Shown piece by piece: positions 1-8,778 of a stretch of 64,000 nucleotides of DNA. Below the pieces are notes generated by a model. It did not search any database. It saw only the letters and a list, made by a program, of their open reading frames with translations, and was not told where the DNA came from. Numbering within the stretch: the first letter of the stretch is position 1; each line of letters opens with the position of its first letter. The position numbers and the translations under genes were made by a program. Location of the stretch: positions 122 to 64,121 of the forward strand of contig LMZT01000115.1 of assembly GCA_001567115.1 (NCBI GenBank). The letters run 5' to 3'. The DNA comes from Candidatus Hinthialibacteria bacterium OLB16. GTDB lineage: Bacteria; Hinthialibacterota; Hinthialibacteria; OLB16.

Positions 1-76
1 CATTTGGAGGGATGAAATTCTGGGAGATGAATGTCTCATACCATTTGTCAAAACAGCCCTCTGATGAGGGAGGCTC

Positions 77-916
77 ATGGGAGGTTTTTCCCAGGTGGCA
101 TACCGGAACCAGGGGAGCCTGTATGTGCTGGCATTCTGCCTGGCGGCTGGCAGCCTGGCATCTTTGCCGGTTCTCCGAAAGCATGGAATACGAGTCCCGC
201 CATTGGATTTTCTAACTGGAACACCTCCGTTATTTCATATCCTCCTCGGATTGGTTCATTTTTTCAGTGTTTTTGTGTTTCTTGTCATGCAGGGGAGGAT
301 ATTTGATTTTTACATGCTGTTGTTCCTGCCTGCCCTGGCATTGATAAGTGCCGGGTGCCTGATGCCTGTGCAAAAGTATTTTGAAACCTGGAATCCCACC
401 AAACCTGGAAAGTGGCATCCCTGGATTGTTGAATCCTCCTTTCTGGTCCTGATTGCCCTGATCCTGGCCCATCCATTGATTCCAAGATCCTGCCGGCTGT
501 TCATCCCCGATCTGGTCACATACCTGCAGCATGAGGCACGCCATGCCGATGGGCTGGCCCGATGGAATCCTCTGTTATCGGTTCCTGGCACAACTCTGTT
601 TGGAGACTCTGGAACTGCCCCTCTGGTGGCACTGATGAGTGGCGCGCAGCTGGCGCTCGGAGAAGCGGATACCAACCAGATGCGTTTTCAGGGAGGGTTT
701 CCGGCTCCGGGCAAGTTTATCCAAAGCCTGGAGGAGAGTTCTGTTCAGTGGGCTGTGGTTCGCGGGAGAATCCAGTCCCAGAACCGGTTTATTCCCAGAG
801 GCCTGTTTGCGATTCCCGAATTCAGGGAATATGCCAGGACAAGATTTTCTTCGGTTGATCAAGTTGTTCTGGAAGGGGATACTGAAATCCGGTTGATGCA
901 CCATAATTTGCCATGA
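77..916 (+). CDS. hypothetical polytopic membrane protein (279 aa)
   Basis: Complete ORF with RBS GAGGGAGG 5 nt upstream of ATG at 77; a stop in the same frame at ~62-64 excludes upstream extension; multiple hydrophobic segments; no family recognised. Confidence 0.5.
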   Translation: MGGFSQVAYRNQGSLYVLAFCLAAGSLASLPVLRKHGIRVPPLDFLTGTPPLFHILLGLVHFFSVFVFLVMQGRIFDFYMLLFLPALALISAGCLMPVQKYFETWNPTKPGKWHPWIVESSFLVLIALILAHPLIPRSCRLFIPDLVTYLQHEARHADGLARWNPLLSVPGTTLFGDSGTAPLVALMSGAQLALGEADTNQMRFQGGFPAPGKFIQSLEESSVQWAVVRGRIQSQNRFIPRGLFAIPEFREYARTRFSSVDQVVLEGDTEIRLMHHNLP

Positions 917-1305
917 GCACGCCGATCGCTTACCTTTACACACCGGCGGATCTGGATCCCACATCGGTGGAGATGCTGGCCGACAATCCCGCGCTGTTCT
1001 CATTTCGAGTGATTCTGAGTGGGACACCGGATCCGCTCTGGGTTCGGACATTTGATCGGATCTGGAAGGAATCGCGTTACCTGGACAAACTCAGCGCTGG
1101 AATCCAGGGGGATTCCATCCGCTTCATCTGCCACCAGAAACAGGGGATCGAAGACTACCTGTTCCTGATCGAATCACGAATCGAAGCCACCAACCGGATC
1201 ATGGAAAGATACTGGCAGGAGCTGGGAGTCACGGCCGAAAGGCTGCTGTACCGCCACTTTCCGGAGAGTTTCATCCCCATTGCTTCACTGGGCATGAAGG
1301 GATAA
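913..1305 (+). CDS. hypothetical protein (130 aa)
   Basis: ORF whose start overlaps previous stop by 4 nt (ATGA coupling); no recognisable motif. Confidence 0.4.
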   Translation: MSTPIAYLYTPADLDPTSVEMLADNPALFSFRVILSGTPDPLWVRTFDRIWKESRYLDKLSAGIQGDSIRFICHQKQGIEDYLFLIESRIEATNRIMERYWQELGVTAERLLYRHFPESFIPIASLGMKG

Positions 1306-1321
1306 TGTTTTTCTCCACTCA

Positions 1322-2401
1322 ATGAAACGGTTCGCGATTCTTTCCATCCTCATCCTGATAAGCCTTGGCTGCCTGTGGTTTACATTCCGCAATGTGAACT
1401 TCGGGGAGGTGATGTCCATGATCACCTCGAAAGCCTCCTCATGGCCATGGTTCCTGGCATCGGGAATGGTGATGATGATGAACATCATCTTTCGGGGGTT
1501 CCGTTATCACCGGATCCTCGCCAGTGTCCCGGAAGTGAGCCTGAAGCGCTGCATCACTATCACCTCGATCATGTTTCTCGGAAATTCGATCCTCCCGCTG
1601 CGTGCCGGGGAGGCCATCCGGGTGTATCTTCCCTATCGGCTCTATTCGATTCCTTTAGCCACCTCCATGGCTTTCCATGGGGCAGATCGCCTTTTCGACA
1701 TGATTGCCATGCTGGTTCTGCTGACTTTGTCGCTGTGGTTCGCCGGGGACACGATCGCCCCGGCAGCACGGACTCACCCGGTGGAGATGTTCGGGCATTC
1801 CTATACCTTCGATGGGCTGGTCGAGTTGGCGCAAGGTTCATCAATCCTGATTCTGCTGGTGGGCCTTGGAGGCATCCTTGCAGTCTGCCTGATCCCCGAG
1901 CAGCTCAAACGTTTTATGGGGTTTTTCTCACGCCCTCTTGGGGAACGATGGCTGCGGGCCACCAATGGATTTGTCGATCACCTGCATTCAGGCATCGCGG
2001 TCTTTCGAAACCCCAGGGATTTCATCCTGGGTGGGTTCTGGACTTTTCTGCTGTGGTGGATGGTGATCCTGAATGTCCAGATACTTTCCGGTGTGTTTGG
2101 AGTGGATCTGACCTGGGCGCAGGCAGGAATGGTGGTCTTCCTGGTGGCAGTCGCTGTCTCACTCCCCCAGGCTCCGGGCTATGTCGGCCCCTTCCACCTT
2201 GGGTTTCAAATGTCTTTATCGATCTGTTTCGGGGTCGCAATTCCAACCGCTACCGCGATTGCGTATCTGGCTCATTTTTTCCAGATTGTCCCGGTGATTC
2301 TGCTGGGATTCATCTGCATGTCGATCGAAGGGATTTCCTTCAGCTCCTTCACTGAAGCGCAGCAGACCCTTGAAGCCGAACCGATCGAAGATCAGGCCTG
2401 A
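1322..2401 (+). CDS. flippase-like domain protein (lysylphosphatidylglycerol-synthase TM-region family, UPF0104)
   Basis: 8-TM protein; motif LGNSILPLRAGEAIRVYLPYR resembles the conserved P-x-R/G-E-x-x-R signature of the PF03706/TIGR00374 family. Confidence 0.6.
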   Translation: MKRFAILSILILISLGCLWFTFRNVNFGEVMSMITSKASSWPWFLASGMVMMMNIIFRGFRYHRILASVPEVSLKRCITITSIMFLGNSILPLRAGEAIRVYLPYRLYSIPLATSMAFHGADRLFDMIAMLVLLTLSLWFAGDTIAPAARTHPVEMFGHSYTFDGLVELAQGSSILILLVGLGGILAVCLIPEQLKRFMGFFSRPLGERWLRATNGFVDHLHSGIAVFRNPRDFILGGFWTFLLWWMVILNVQILSGVFGVDLTWAQAGMVVFLVAVAVSLPQAPGYVGPFHLGFQMSLSICFGVAIPTATAIAYLAHFFQIVPVILLGFICMSIEGISFSSFTEAQQTLEAEPIEDQA

Positions 2402-2465
2402 TCCTCACCACTGCCACTTCGGTGGAAGACTTTAGAAACTCTCCGGCCCTTACAGGCTGCCGGGA

Positions 2466-3167
2466 TCAGATTTTGCTGTAAGCGCTGATATCCCCTTTGC
2501 TGACAGTTCCATTGGTTGGAGAGTAGGTGAAATTTCCCCCGCCATAGCTGACATAAGGGCGATACATGGCCCATTCGCCGGCATCATGGAAATGATCCGG
2601 GCCTGGGGACAGGATGATATAAGTGCCGGCATAGGCATTATCCGGATCGAATGGAGACGGTTCCACACGCCCGCGTGCCGCCGGGGAAACCTTGCAGGCA
2701 TAGGCTTTGATAGAAGGAAACTTCGGGTTGTGGCTGTTTCCGGAAGCCAGGCAACGCCACCCACGGGAATAATAGCGGTAGACATTATTGGCCGGATTTC
2801 TCGGATCCGGGTTGAACCCTTTATCGGCGGCATGAAAATCATCGGTGGGCAGTGTGGATACATATTTGACCGGGGTGGTAATCTGCGACCAGATGGTCAG
2901 GTCGCCCTCGACAGCGGCATTGCCATATCTCGGATCGAGGGATAATCCCCAGAAATCCACCCGCTCGAAACCATCCGCCATGGGCACCTTGCGGTCGATG
3001 GCATAGGATGCCATCGCATTCTGCAGGCTGCGCAGTTCACCCTTGGTGTTGGCGATTTTGGCCCGAATCTGGGCTTCCAGGAAATTGGGAAGCGCGATCG
3101 AAATCAGGATGAGAATGATGGCGATGACGATGAGCAGCTCGATCAGGGTAAAACCTCTGGGTGTCAT
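2466..3167 (-). CDS. prepilin-type N-terminal cleavage/methylation domain protein (pseudopilin-like)
   Basis: N-terminus MTPRGFTLIELLIVIAIILILISIALPNFLEAQ is a class III signal peptide with G-F-T-L-I-E; chosen start ATG 3165-3167 has RBS GGAGGTG upstream; the ORF-track start at 3251 is an upstream in-frame extension. Confidence 0.85.
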   Translation of the reverse strand: MTPRGFTLIELLIVIAIILILISIALPNFLEAQIRAKIANTKGELRSLQNAMASYAIDRKVPMADGFERVDFWGLSLDPRYGNAAVEGDLTIWSQITTPVKYVSTLPTDDFHAADKGFNPDPRNPANNVYRYYSRGWRCLASGNSHNPKFPSIKAYACKVSPAARGRVEPSPFDPDNAYAGTYIILSPGPDHFHDAGEWAMYRPYVSYGGGNFTYSPTNGTVSKGDISAYSKI

Positions 3168-3290
3168 GGGAAATTCACCTCCCCGAAAGATTGCGATTTG
3201 ACCGCCGGATGAAAATGAAGCACCTGGAGTAATCATCCATTGCTCCGCCAATTAACTCAAGGGGGAGTTCCTCTCCAGAAAGATCCCTTT

Positions 3291-3313
3291 ATCATCGTGC
3301 GATTCACGATGAT
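3291..3313. promoter_or_regulatory. perfect 9-bp inverted repeat ATCATCGTG-CGATT-CACGATGAT in divergent intergenic region (putative operator)
   Basis: Direct reading of the sequence between pseudopilin (-) and GT-C (+) starts. Confidence 0.45.
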
Positions 3314-3383
3314 GAACAGGCACCTGAAACTATTATCCCAATCTCCGGCACACAATGGGCGCCACCGGGGCTGAGAAGGAAGA

Positions 3384-5402
3384 ATGAGTCCAGTTGAACA
3401 AGTGCATCCACGATCTGCCATCACCACGCCCGCGATCCTGATCCTCCTTTTTTCGCTCTGGGCCTGCGGATATATCTGGAATACCAGCTTTGCAATCGAA
3501 GGCCAGCGCTATTTCTGCCTGTTCGATGATGCGATGGTGTCAATGCGTTATGCCCACAATCTGGCACTTGGGGAAGGGCTGGCCTGGAATGCCGGAGGCG
3601 AGCGGGTTGAGGGATTCACCAACCCATTGTGGGTGCTGGTCATGGCCCTGGTTCACCTGTCCGGAGTCCCGATGGCCTGGGCCAGCCTGGCCATCCAACT
3701 GTTGGGCCTGACTCTGCTGGCCGGGAGCATGGGCTGCCTTTTCCGGATTGCACTCCTTGCCACAGGTTCGACTGTGTGTGCCAGCGGAAGCGCCTTGCTG
3801 GCCGCTTTTTATCTCCCGCTGGCGACCTGGAGCCTGCAGGGAATGGAAGTGTCACTCCAGGCCTTCCTTATTTACTTCGCCGCTCTGCATCTGATCAAAG
3901 CCTCGCTTTCAGAGGCTCCTGTGCCGAAGATTTTCTATGGCCTGCTGGCCTGCGGTATCCTGGTGCGGATGGACATGATCCTGCCATGCGGTGCTCTGCT
4001 GCTGTGCGCCCTTTGTTATTTTCCGAAGGAGCGGCAATCGATTCTGATCCAGGGTGGCGTTTCCATTCTGCTGGCCCTGGCCGGCCTCACCCTTTTCCGC
4101 TGGTGGTATTTCGGGGAGCTGCTGCCCAACACTTTCTACCTCAAATCCTGTGGGATCCCCTTCAGCACAAAATTATGCAGAGGGTTGCTGGTGACACAGG
4201 ATTTTATCGAAAATATGGGCTGGATCCTGTTTGCTGTTCCGCTCTTTTTTCTTCTCTGTTCCTGTCGCTCACCGGCCTTCACGATTCCGGGTTTGATTTT
4301 TCCCATCCAGCTGCTTTATTCAATCCTGGCCGGTGGCGATGCCTGGGAGTGGTGGGGGCATTACGCCAACCGTTATGTGTGTGTGGGGATGCCGGGTTTT
4401 TTTCTTCTGCTAACCGGCGCCCTTCACCGGATGATGCGCCCTTGGAATCCTGGACCGGAAGAACAGTCAAAAAGCCGGATCCCTGCCCGAATCGGGTTTA
4501 TCGGGATGCTGTTCATCACCTGGCTTGCGGTTCATGGGGTTGCCACGCTCGAGGGATGCAGGGCCTTTCTCCAGCAGATGACCTTCCGCACTCTCCCCCT
4601 TCATGTGGCTGACAATGCCGCCAATGTGGCTGCAGCGGTGTGGTTGAAACGCGCCACACCTCCGGAAACGGTTCTGGCGGTTCATTGGGCCGGTGCGCTG
4701 CCCTATTTCTATGAAAGGAAATGCATCGACCTGCTCGGAAAAAATGACCGGGTGATCGCCCATCTTCCCAGCCGGATGACCGATGCCCATGCCTGGATTC
4801 CCGGCCATGACCGTTGGGATTACAACTACTCCCTCGGAGAGCTCAATCCGCCCGTGGTCGTTTCAACCACACCACCACGGCCTCTTGAGGAATATGGATA
4901 TCGACTGGTGGATCAGGTGAATAATTTTTTCATCCTGGCCTCCGGGAAGAAACCGGAAATCGAGAAGGAACTGGAAGCAGGCTCACCCAGGGCTTCGGAA
5001 CTATATCGAGAATTTGCAAGACGGAATGAGAGCCGGATCCGAGGATACCTGCCACGCCTGACACTCAGTTCCCTGGAACAAGACCTGGAGCCCTGGCTCA
5101 ATCCGGGAGAGGCTCTGATGGATGCCACGATTCTGGTCAGGGATGTGTATGTTTTCACCAGCCAGCGCCTGCTGCTGCTGGATCGCCAGAAAATACTGGA
5201 CCGCAACTACGAGATGGTTTCGATCCCTTTCGCCGACATCCTTGATTTTACAATCGAAGAAACCCACCGCGATGACTTCACAACCCGCCTGAAGATCACT
5301 CTGGCCGGCCAGAAAGAGCCTTGGATCAAAGACATTCGAAGACATGAGACAGCGGCCGAGATATTTCAGAAACTCAACCGCTTTATCCACAAACAGGGGT
5401 GA
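3384..5402 (+). CDS. GT-C fold membrane glycosyltransferase (ArnT/PMT-like N-terminal DD loop) with C-terminal bacterial PH-like domain
   Basis: About 12 TM helices; first-loop motif FDDAMVSMRYAHNLALGEG resembles the DE...RYA loop of ArnT/GT39 enzymes; C-terminal 100 aa (VYVFTSQRLLLLDRQ...MVSIPFADILDFTIEE) resembles a bPH/YdbS-type domain. Confidence 0.55.
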   Translation: MSPVEQVHPRSAITTPAILILLFSLWACGYIWNTSFAIEGQRYFCLFDDAMVSMRYAHNLALGEGLAWNAGGERVEGFTNPLWVLVMALVHLSGVPMAWASLAIQLLGLTLLAGSMGCLFRIALLATGSTVCASGSALLAAFYLPLATWSLQGMEVSLQAFLIYFAALHLIKASLSEAPVPKIFYGLLACGILVRMDMILPCGALLLCALCYFPKERQSILIQGGVSILLALAGLTLFRWWYFGELLPNTFYLKSCGIPFSTKLCRGLLVTQDFIENMGWILFAVPLFFLLCSCRSPAFTIPGLIFPIQLLYSILAGGDAWEWWGHYANRYVCVGMPGFFLLLTGALHRMMRPWNPGPEEQSKSRIPARIGFIGMLFITWLAVHGVATLEGCRAFLQQMTFRTLPLHVADNAANVAAAVWLKRATPPETVLAVHWAGALPYFYERKCIDLLGKNDRVIAHLPSRMTDAHAWIPGHDRWDYNYSLGELNPPVVVSTTPPRPLEEYGYRLVDQVNNFFILASGKKPEIEKELEAGSPRASELYREFARRNESRIRGYLPRLTLSSLEQDLEPWLNPGEALMDATILVRDVYVFTSQRLLLLDRQKILDRNYEMVSIPFADILDFTIEETHRDDFTTRLKITLAGQKEPWIKDIRRHETAAEIFQKLNRFIHKQG

Positions 5403-5411
5403 GTGATCCGG

Positions 5412-5972
5412 TCAGCCTTCAGGCGGTTTTTCGACATCGATGATGCGTTTGCCAAACACCGAAATCACCCGGGTTTGTCCCACACAGGTTTCCTCGTTGC
5501 GCTCGACATGGCCATGCAGGAAGAGCAGTGGCTGGCGTTTTTCGATATAGTGGCGGAAGGCAGAAAAGCCAAGATGAAGGGGATCCTTGCGGTCATGAAT
5601 GCCGCGGGGCGGGTTATGGGCCAGGAAGATATCCACCCGTGGCATGAACAGCATCCGCCAGGAGACCTGGCGCTCGCTGTAGGCATGAGATTTCGGTTCT
5701 CCCGGAACCCAGGGAGCGCCCTCGAATCCACCCACCTTCAACCCTGAAACCTCAGAGACTTTCCGGTGCACATTGGCATATTTCGGGACAAAATGGTTGT
5801 CATGGTTGCCATTGATTCCGAGGTAGGGCACAGATCTTTTCTTGAGCAGGATGACTTCGATCATCCCGACAGGGACATCCCCGAGAGTCACAACCAGGTC
5901 GATTCCCATCTGCTCCGGATCGAAGGCGAAATCCTCATCGGAGTGGATATCTGATACAGCCAGGATACGCAT
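5412..5972 (-). CDS. metallophosphoesterase (calcineurin-like)
   Basis: MRILAVSDIHSD...GNHD...GHVE motif series. Confidence 0.8.
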   Translation of the reverse strand: MRILAVSDIHSDEDFAFDPEQMGIDLVVTLGDVPVGMIEVILLKKRSVPYLGINGNHDNHFVPKYANVHRKVSEVSGLKVGGFEGAPWVPGEPKSHAYSERQVSWRMLFMPRVDIFLAHNPPRGIHDRKDPLHLGFSAFRHYIEKRQPLLFLHGHVERNEETCVGQTRVISVFGKRIIDVEKPPEG

Positions 5973-5981
5973 CAGGGTCGG

Positions 5982-6884
5982 CTATTTCTGCGGAACAATC
6001 TGCTGGATCAGTTCTTTCTGAAGGATGGCATCAAACTCCTCGGGGCGTGTGAGCGGCTGGCCCTGCTCGTTGGTCATTGGCGGAGCCAGGGTTCTCCCCG
6101 GGGTCGGCTGGGGAACTGCCTGTGGAAACAGGTGCGCCTTGTCGGCCGGAACCGGCAGGATCTGTCCTGTTGCCGATTTCAGCCCGCCAGAGGCGGTTGC
6201 CGGCTGAGGCACTCGATTCAGGCCTTTATTCAAGTCATCGAGGAGTTTCTGGATCGATTCGCTCTCGGAAGAAACGCCGACATCCTGTGGCTGTTTGCCA
6301 TTCCTGGAATGAATGTCCAACCCTTCTCCCTGCATCCAGAGATCCTGGTTGAGCAGGCTCTCATCGATCGGCTTCAAAGACACAGGGGGAATCGATTCGA
6401 TCGTTTCGGCCTGTTCCGGATTGAATGGAACCCTGGGAGGGGCTTCATAACCCTCCTGGATCCGTACTTTGTGTTTGCCCATCTGCCATTCTTTGACCTC
6501 GAAGATCCGGGAATCGGGATAGATCCAGCCGAGGAGTTTCACCATTTTCCCGCGGAGGTCGGGGTTGTACCGTATTTCACGCCCCTTGGGGGTGTCGAGC
6601 ACCACCCAGAGCTGCCCGGTTTCATCGAGAATGCCCTGCTCGTATGCAGCCAGCGGGCTGTCGGGGTTCCGGTAGGGGGCGGGATTGCCGCGCTTGATGG
6701 CTCCCTGAAGCCAGACGACCTCACCTTCAAGCGGGTAGAGGTCAGCCAGTGGAGGTTCCAGATCAGCTTCCTGTGGAATCCTTTGCGCCTGGATTTCACT
6801 CATACCGGCGATGGCAAATACAGAAACCAGAAAGATCACCATTAAAAGGCCGGAATTCCTGGATAGGGGACAGAAGTTGTCCAT
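5982..6884 (-). CDS. hypothetical secreted protein (300 aa, Pro/Gln-rich C-terminus)
   Basis: N-terminal signal-peptide-like hydrophobic segment; no family recognised. Confidence 0.45.
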   Translation of the reverse strand: MDNFCPLSRNSGLLMVIFLVSVFAIAGMSEIQAQRIPQEADLEPPLADLYPLEGEVVWLQGAIKRGNPAPYRNPDSPLAAYEQGILDETGQLWVVLDTPKGREIRYNPDLRGKMVKLLGWIYPDSRIFEVKEWQMGKHKVRIQEGYEAPPRVPFNPEQAETIESIPPVSLKPIDESLLNQDLWMQGEGLDIHSRNGKQPQDVGVSSESESIQKLLDDLNKGLNRVPQPATASGGLKSATGQILPVPADKAHLFPQAVPQPTPGRTLAPPMTNEQGQPLTRPEEFDAILQKELIQQIVPQK

Positions 6885-6890
6885 CGAGTC

Positions 6891-7754
6891 TCAATAACCC
6901 CAGTCTCGCGGGTAACGAAAATCGCGATCGATTGTCCTGCGTCCCAGCTTTGCCACCACCGGAAGACAGCGCTTGTATTGAGACCGGCGCAGCAGCTTTG
7001 ACAATGCCTCCACCAGGTCCGTATTGAACCCCATCCGGACCAGGCGGGCCTGAGTCATACGGTGGTCGACCAGATAATAGAAGATTCGGTCGATTTCCAC
7101 ATAACTGTAACCAATTTCTGCTTCATCGGACTGACCCGACCATAAATCAGCAGTTGGCGGCTTCTCGATCACCTTTTCCGGGAGGTCGAGTGCCGCAGCC
7201 AGCTGCCAGACCTGTGTTTTGTACAGGTCACCCAACGGATTGACTGCGGAGGCCATGTCTCCATACAGGGTTCCATACCCAAGCAGCAACTCGGTTTTGT
7301 TGCTGGTCCCTAAAACCAGGGAGTTGTCCACCATCGACCGGTCATAGAGAATGGTCATCCGCTCCCGGGCCATTTTATTCCCACGGCGCAGGTTCCAGAT
7401 CTTTTGATCCCCGGACCCAGGGGTGGTGGAGTTTTCGAAATAGGCATCCACCTGCTGAGTAATATCGACCACAACCGATTCAATCCCGAGTTTTTCCGCC
7501 ACCAGGCCGGCATCCGCCAGGCTTTCAGGGCTGCTGGACTTATATGGCATCACAATCCCTTTGACATTTTCCGGGCCCAGGGCTTCGGCAGCAAGTGCCG
7601 CAGCAAGGGCACTGTCAATTCCACCTGACAATCCAAAGATGACACGCTTGAAGCCCACCTTATGGACCTCTTCACGGATCATGGTCACCAGCATGGCTTT
7701 TGCCAGGCCGGCATCAATCATCAATTCAGAAGGGATTGCAGCCAGTCGAGTCAT
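6891..7754 (-). CDS. nadE: NAD+ synthetase (synthetase domain only)
   Basis: GLSGGIDSALAAALA PP-loop motif; full-length similarity to NadE. Confidence 0.9.
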   Translation of the reverse strand: MTRLAAIPSELMIDAGLAKAMLVTMIREEVHKVGFKRVIFGLSGGIDSALAAALAAEALGPENVKGIVMPYKSSSPESLADAGLVAEKLGIESVVVDITQQVDAYFENSTTPGSGDQKIWNLRRGNKMARERMTILYDRSMVDNSLVLGTSNKTELLLGYGTLYGDMASAVNPLGDLYKTQVWQLAAALDLPEKVIEKPPTADLWSGQSDEAEIGYSYVEIDRIFYYLVDHRMTQARLVRMGFNTDLVEALSKLLRRSQYKRCLPVVAKLGRRTIDRDFRYPRDWGY

Positions 7755-7859
7755 CGGTTTTATATAGAACTCCGGAGGATTCGGTCCAGTTCTCTTCGCA
7801 GGAAGTCGGCATTCTCATTGGCGATCACCAGCGATCCAAGGCGTGAGGATCGCAGGTCT

Positions 7860-8654
7860 TCAGGCCAGTCGAGCTGTATAATCGAGGGTATCCGGCGAAA
7901 AAAAGTCCGCACGGGCAAGGAGTTTGCCCCCCGCTGCGACCATCTGGGATCCGCCTGAAAAGGTCAGGCCATCCTCAACCCCTCCGCGGTTTGCATAGAG
8001 AACCATCGACTCCAGCAGGCAGGCATAAGTCCGCAGAAGGTTTTCCCAGGTTTGCAGGCTTTCCGGAACTCCCTGAGTCTCCCCTCCGATCCCACGCGCG
8101 GGGGAGTTTGAAATCACGATAAAAGTGCCAGCGCCCTCCTGGTTGGGGCCATCCAGCGCCAGCAGAAGCGGAACCGAGAGATGCCAGGCATCCTCACAGA
8201 TCAACAATCCGCACCGCCCGAGAAACTTCGAATCAAAAGTGCGTGCAGTGCGCCCCTGCGAAAAGTAACGTCCTTCATCGAACAGTCCATAAGTCGGAAG
8301 GTAAATCTTGCGATGCACATGGACTGCTTCGAGCTTCCCCTGGGGATCCCAACGCAGAAAGGCGGCTGAATTATAGAATCGATGCCCGGGGGTTTCTTCA
8401 ACAAATCCGATGACTGTTTCGAAATTCTGGATGCCGTCAAGGCGTTTCCCGAGTTCAGCGATCAGGCCATCCACACTGAGAGCCACCTCCGGGACCAGAT
8501 CTTTCAGGAGGTAGCCGGTCAGGGAGAGCTCAGGAAAAACCAGGAGATTGACACCCTCGGCGGTGGCCTGTGCGATGCAATCGCAGTGCTTTTTCAGGTT
8601 CTCTGCCAGGCATCCGAGCCGCGGAGCTGTCTGTTCGATTCGTATGTGGATCAT
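7860..8654 (-). CDS. carbon-nitrogen hydrolase family protein (putative glutaminase partner of NadE)
   Basis: Nitrilase-superfamily layout with FPELSLTGY and LICED catalytic Glu/Cys context; immediately upstream of nadE on the same strand and in the same frame. Confidence 0.8.
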   Translation of the reverse strand: MIHIRIEQTAPRLGCLAENLKKHCDCIAQATAEGVNLLVFPELSLTGYLLKDLVPEVALSVDGLIAELGKRLDGIQNFETVIGFVEETPGHRFYNSAAFLRWDPQGKLEAVHVHRKIYLPTYGLFDEGRYFSQGRTARTFDSKFLGRCGLLICEDAWHLSVPLLLALDGPNQEGAGTFIVISNSPARGIGGETQGVPESLQTWENLLRTYACLLESMVLYANRGGVEDGLTFSGGSQMVAAGGKLLARADFFSPDTLDYTARLA

Positions 8655-8710
8655 GAGGATATCTTAAAGCATTTTCCGGGCCGGTGAATTCCATAATTGA
8701 CCCGGTGCAC

Positions 8711-8738
8711 AAAAATGGGGCGGTCGAGAAACCGCCCC
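8711..8738 (-). terminator. rho-independent terminator downstream of xylA-like gene
   Basis: Stem GGGGCGGT/ACCGCCCC with a 6-nt loop, followed on the minus strand by a T5 run. Confidence 0.6.
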
Positions 8739-8778
8739 ATGAGCTGAATCGAATCACGATTTGAGCCTGAAGGAGGCT

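Noticed and set aside
7755-7859. Treating the C-N hydrolase and nadE as one frameshifted gene
   Set aside because: They are in the same frame, so no frameshift is involved. Two in-frame TGA codons separate them. Kept as two genes and flagged as a finding.
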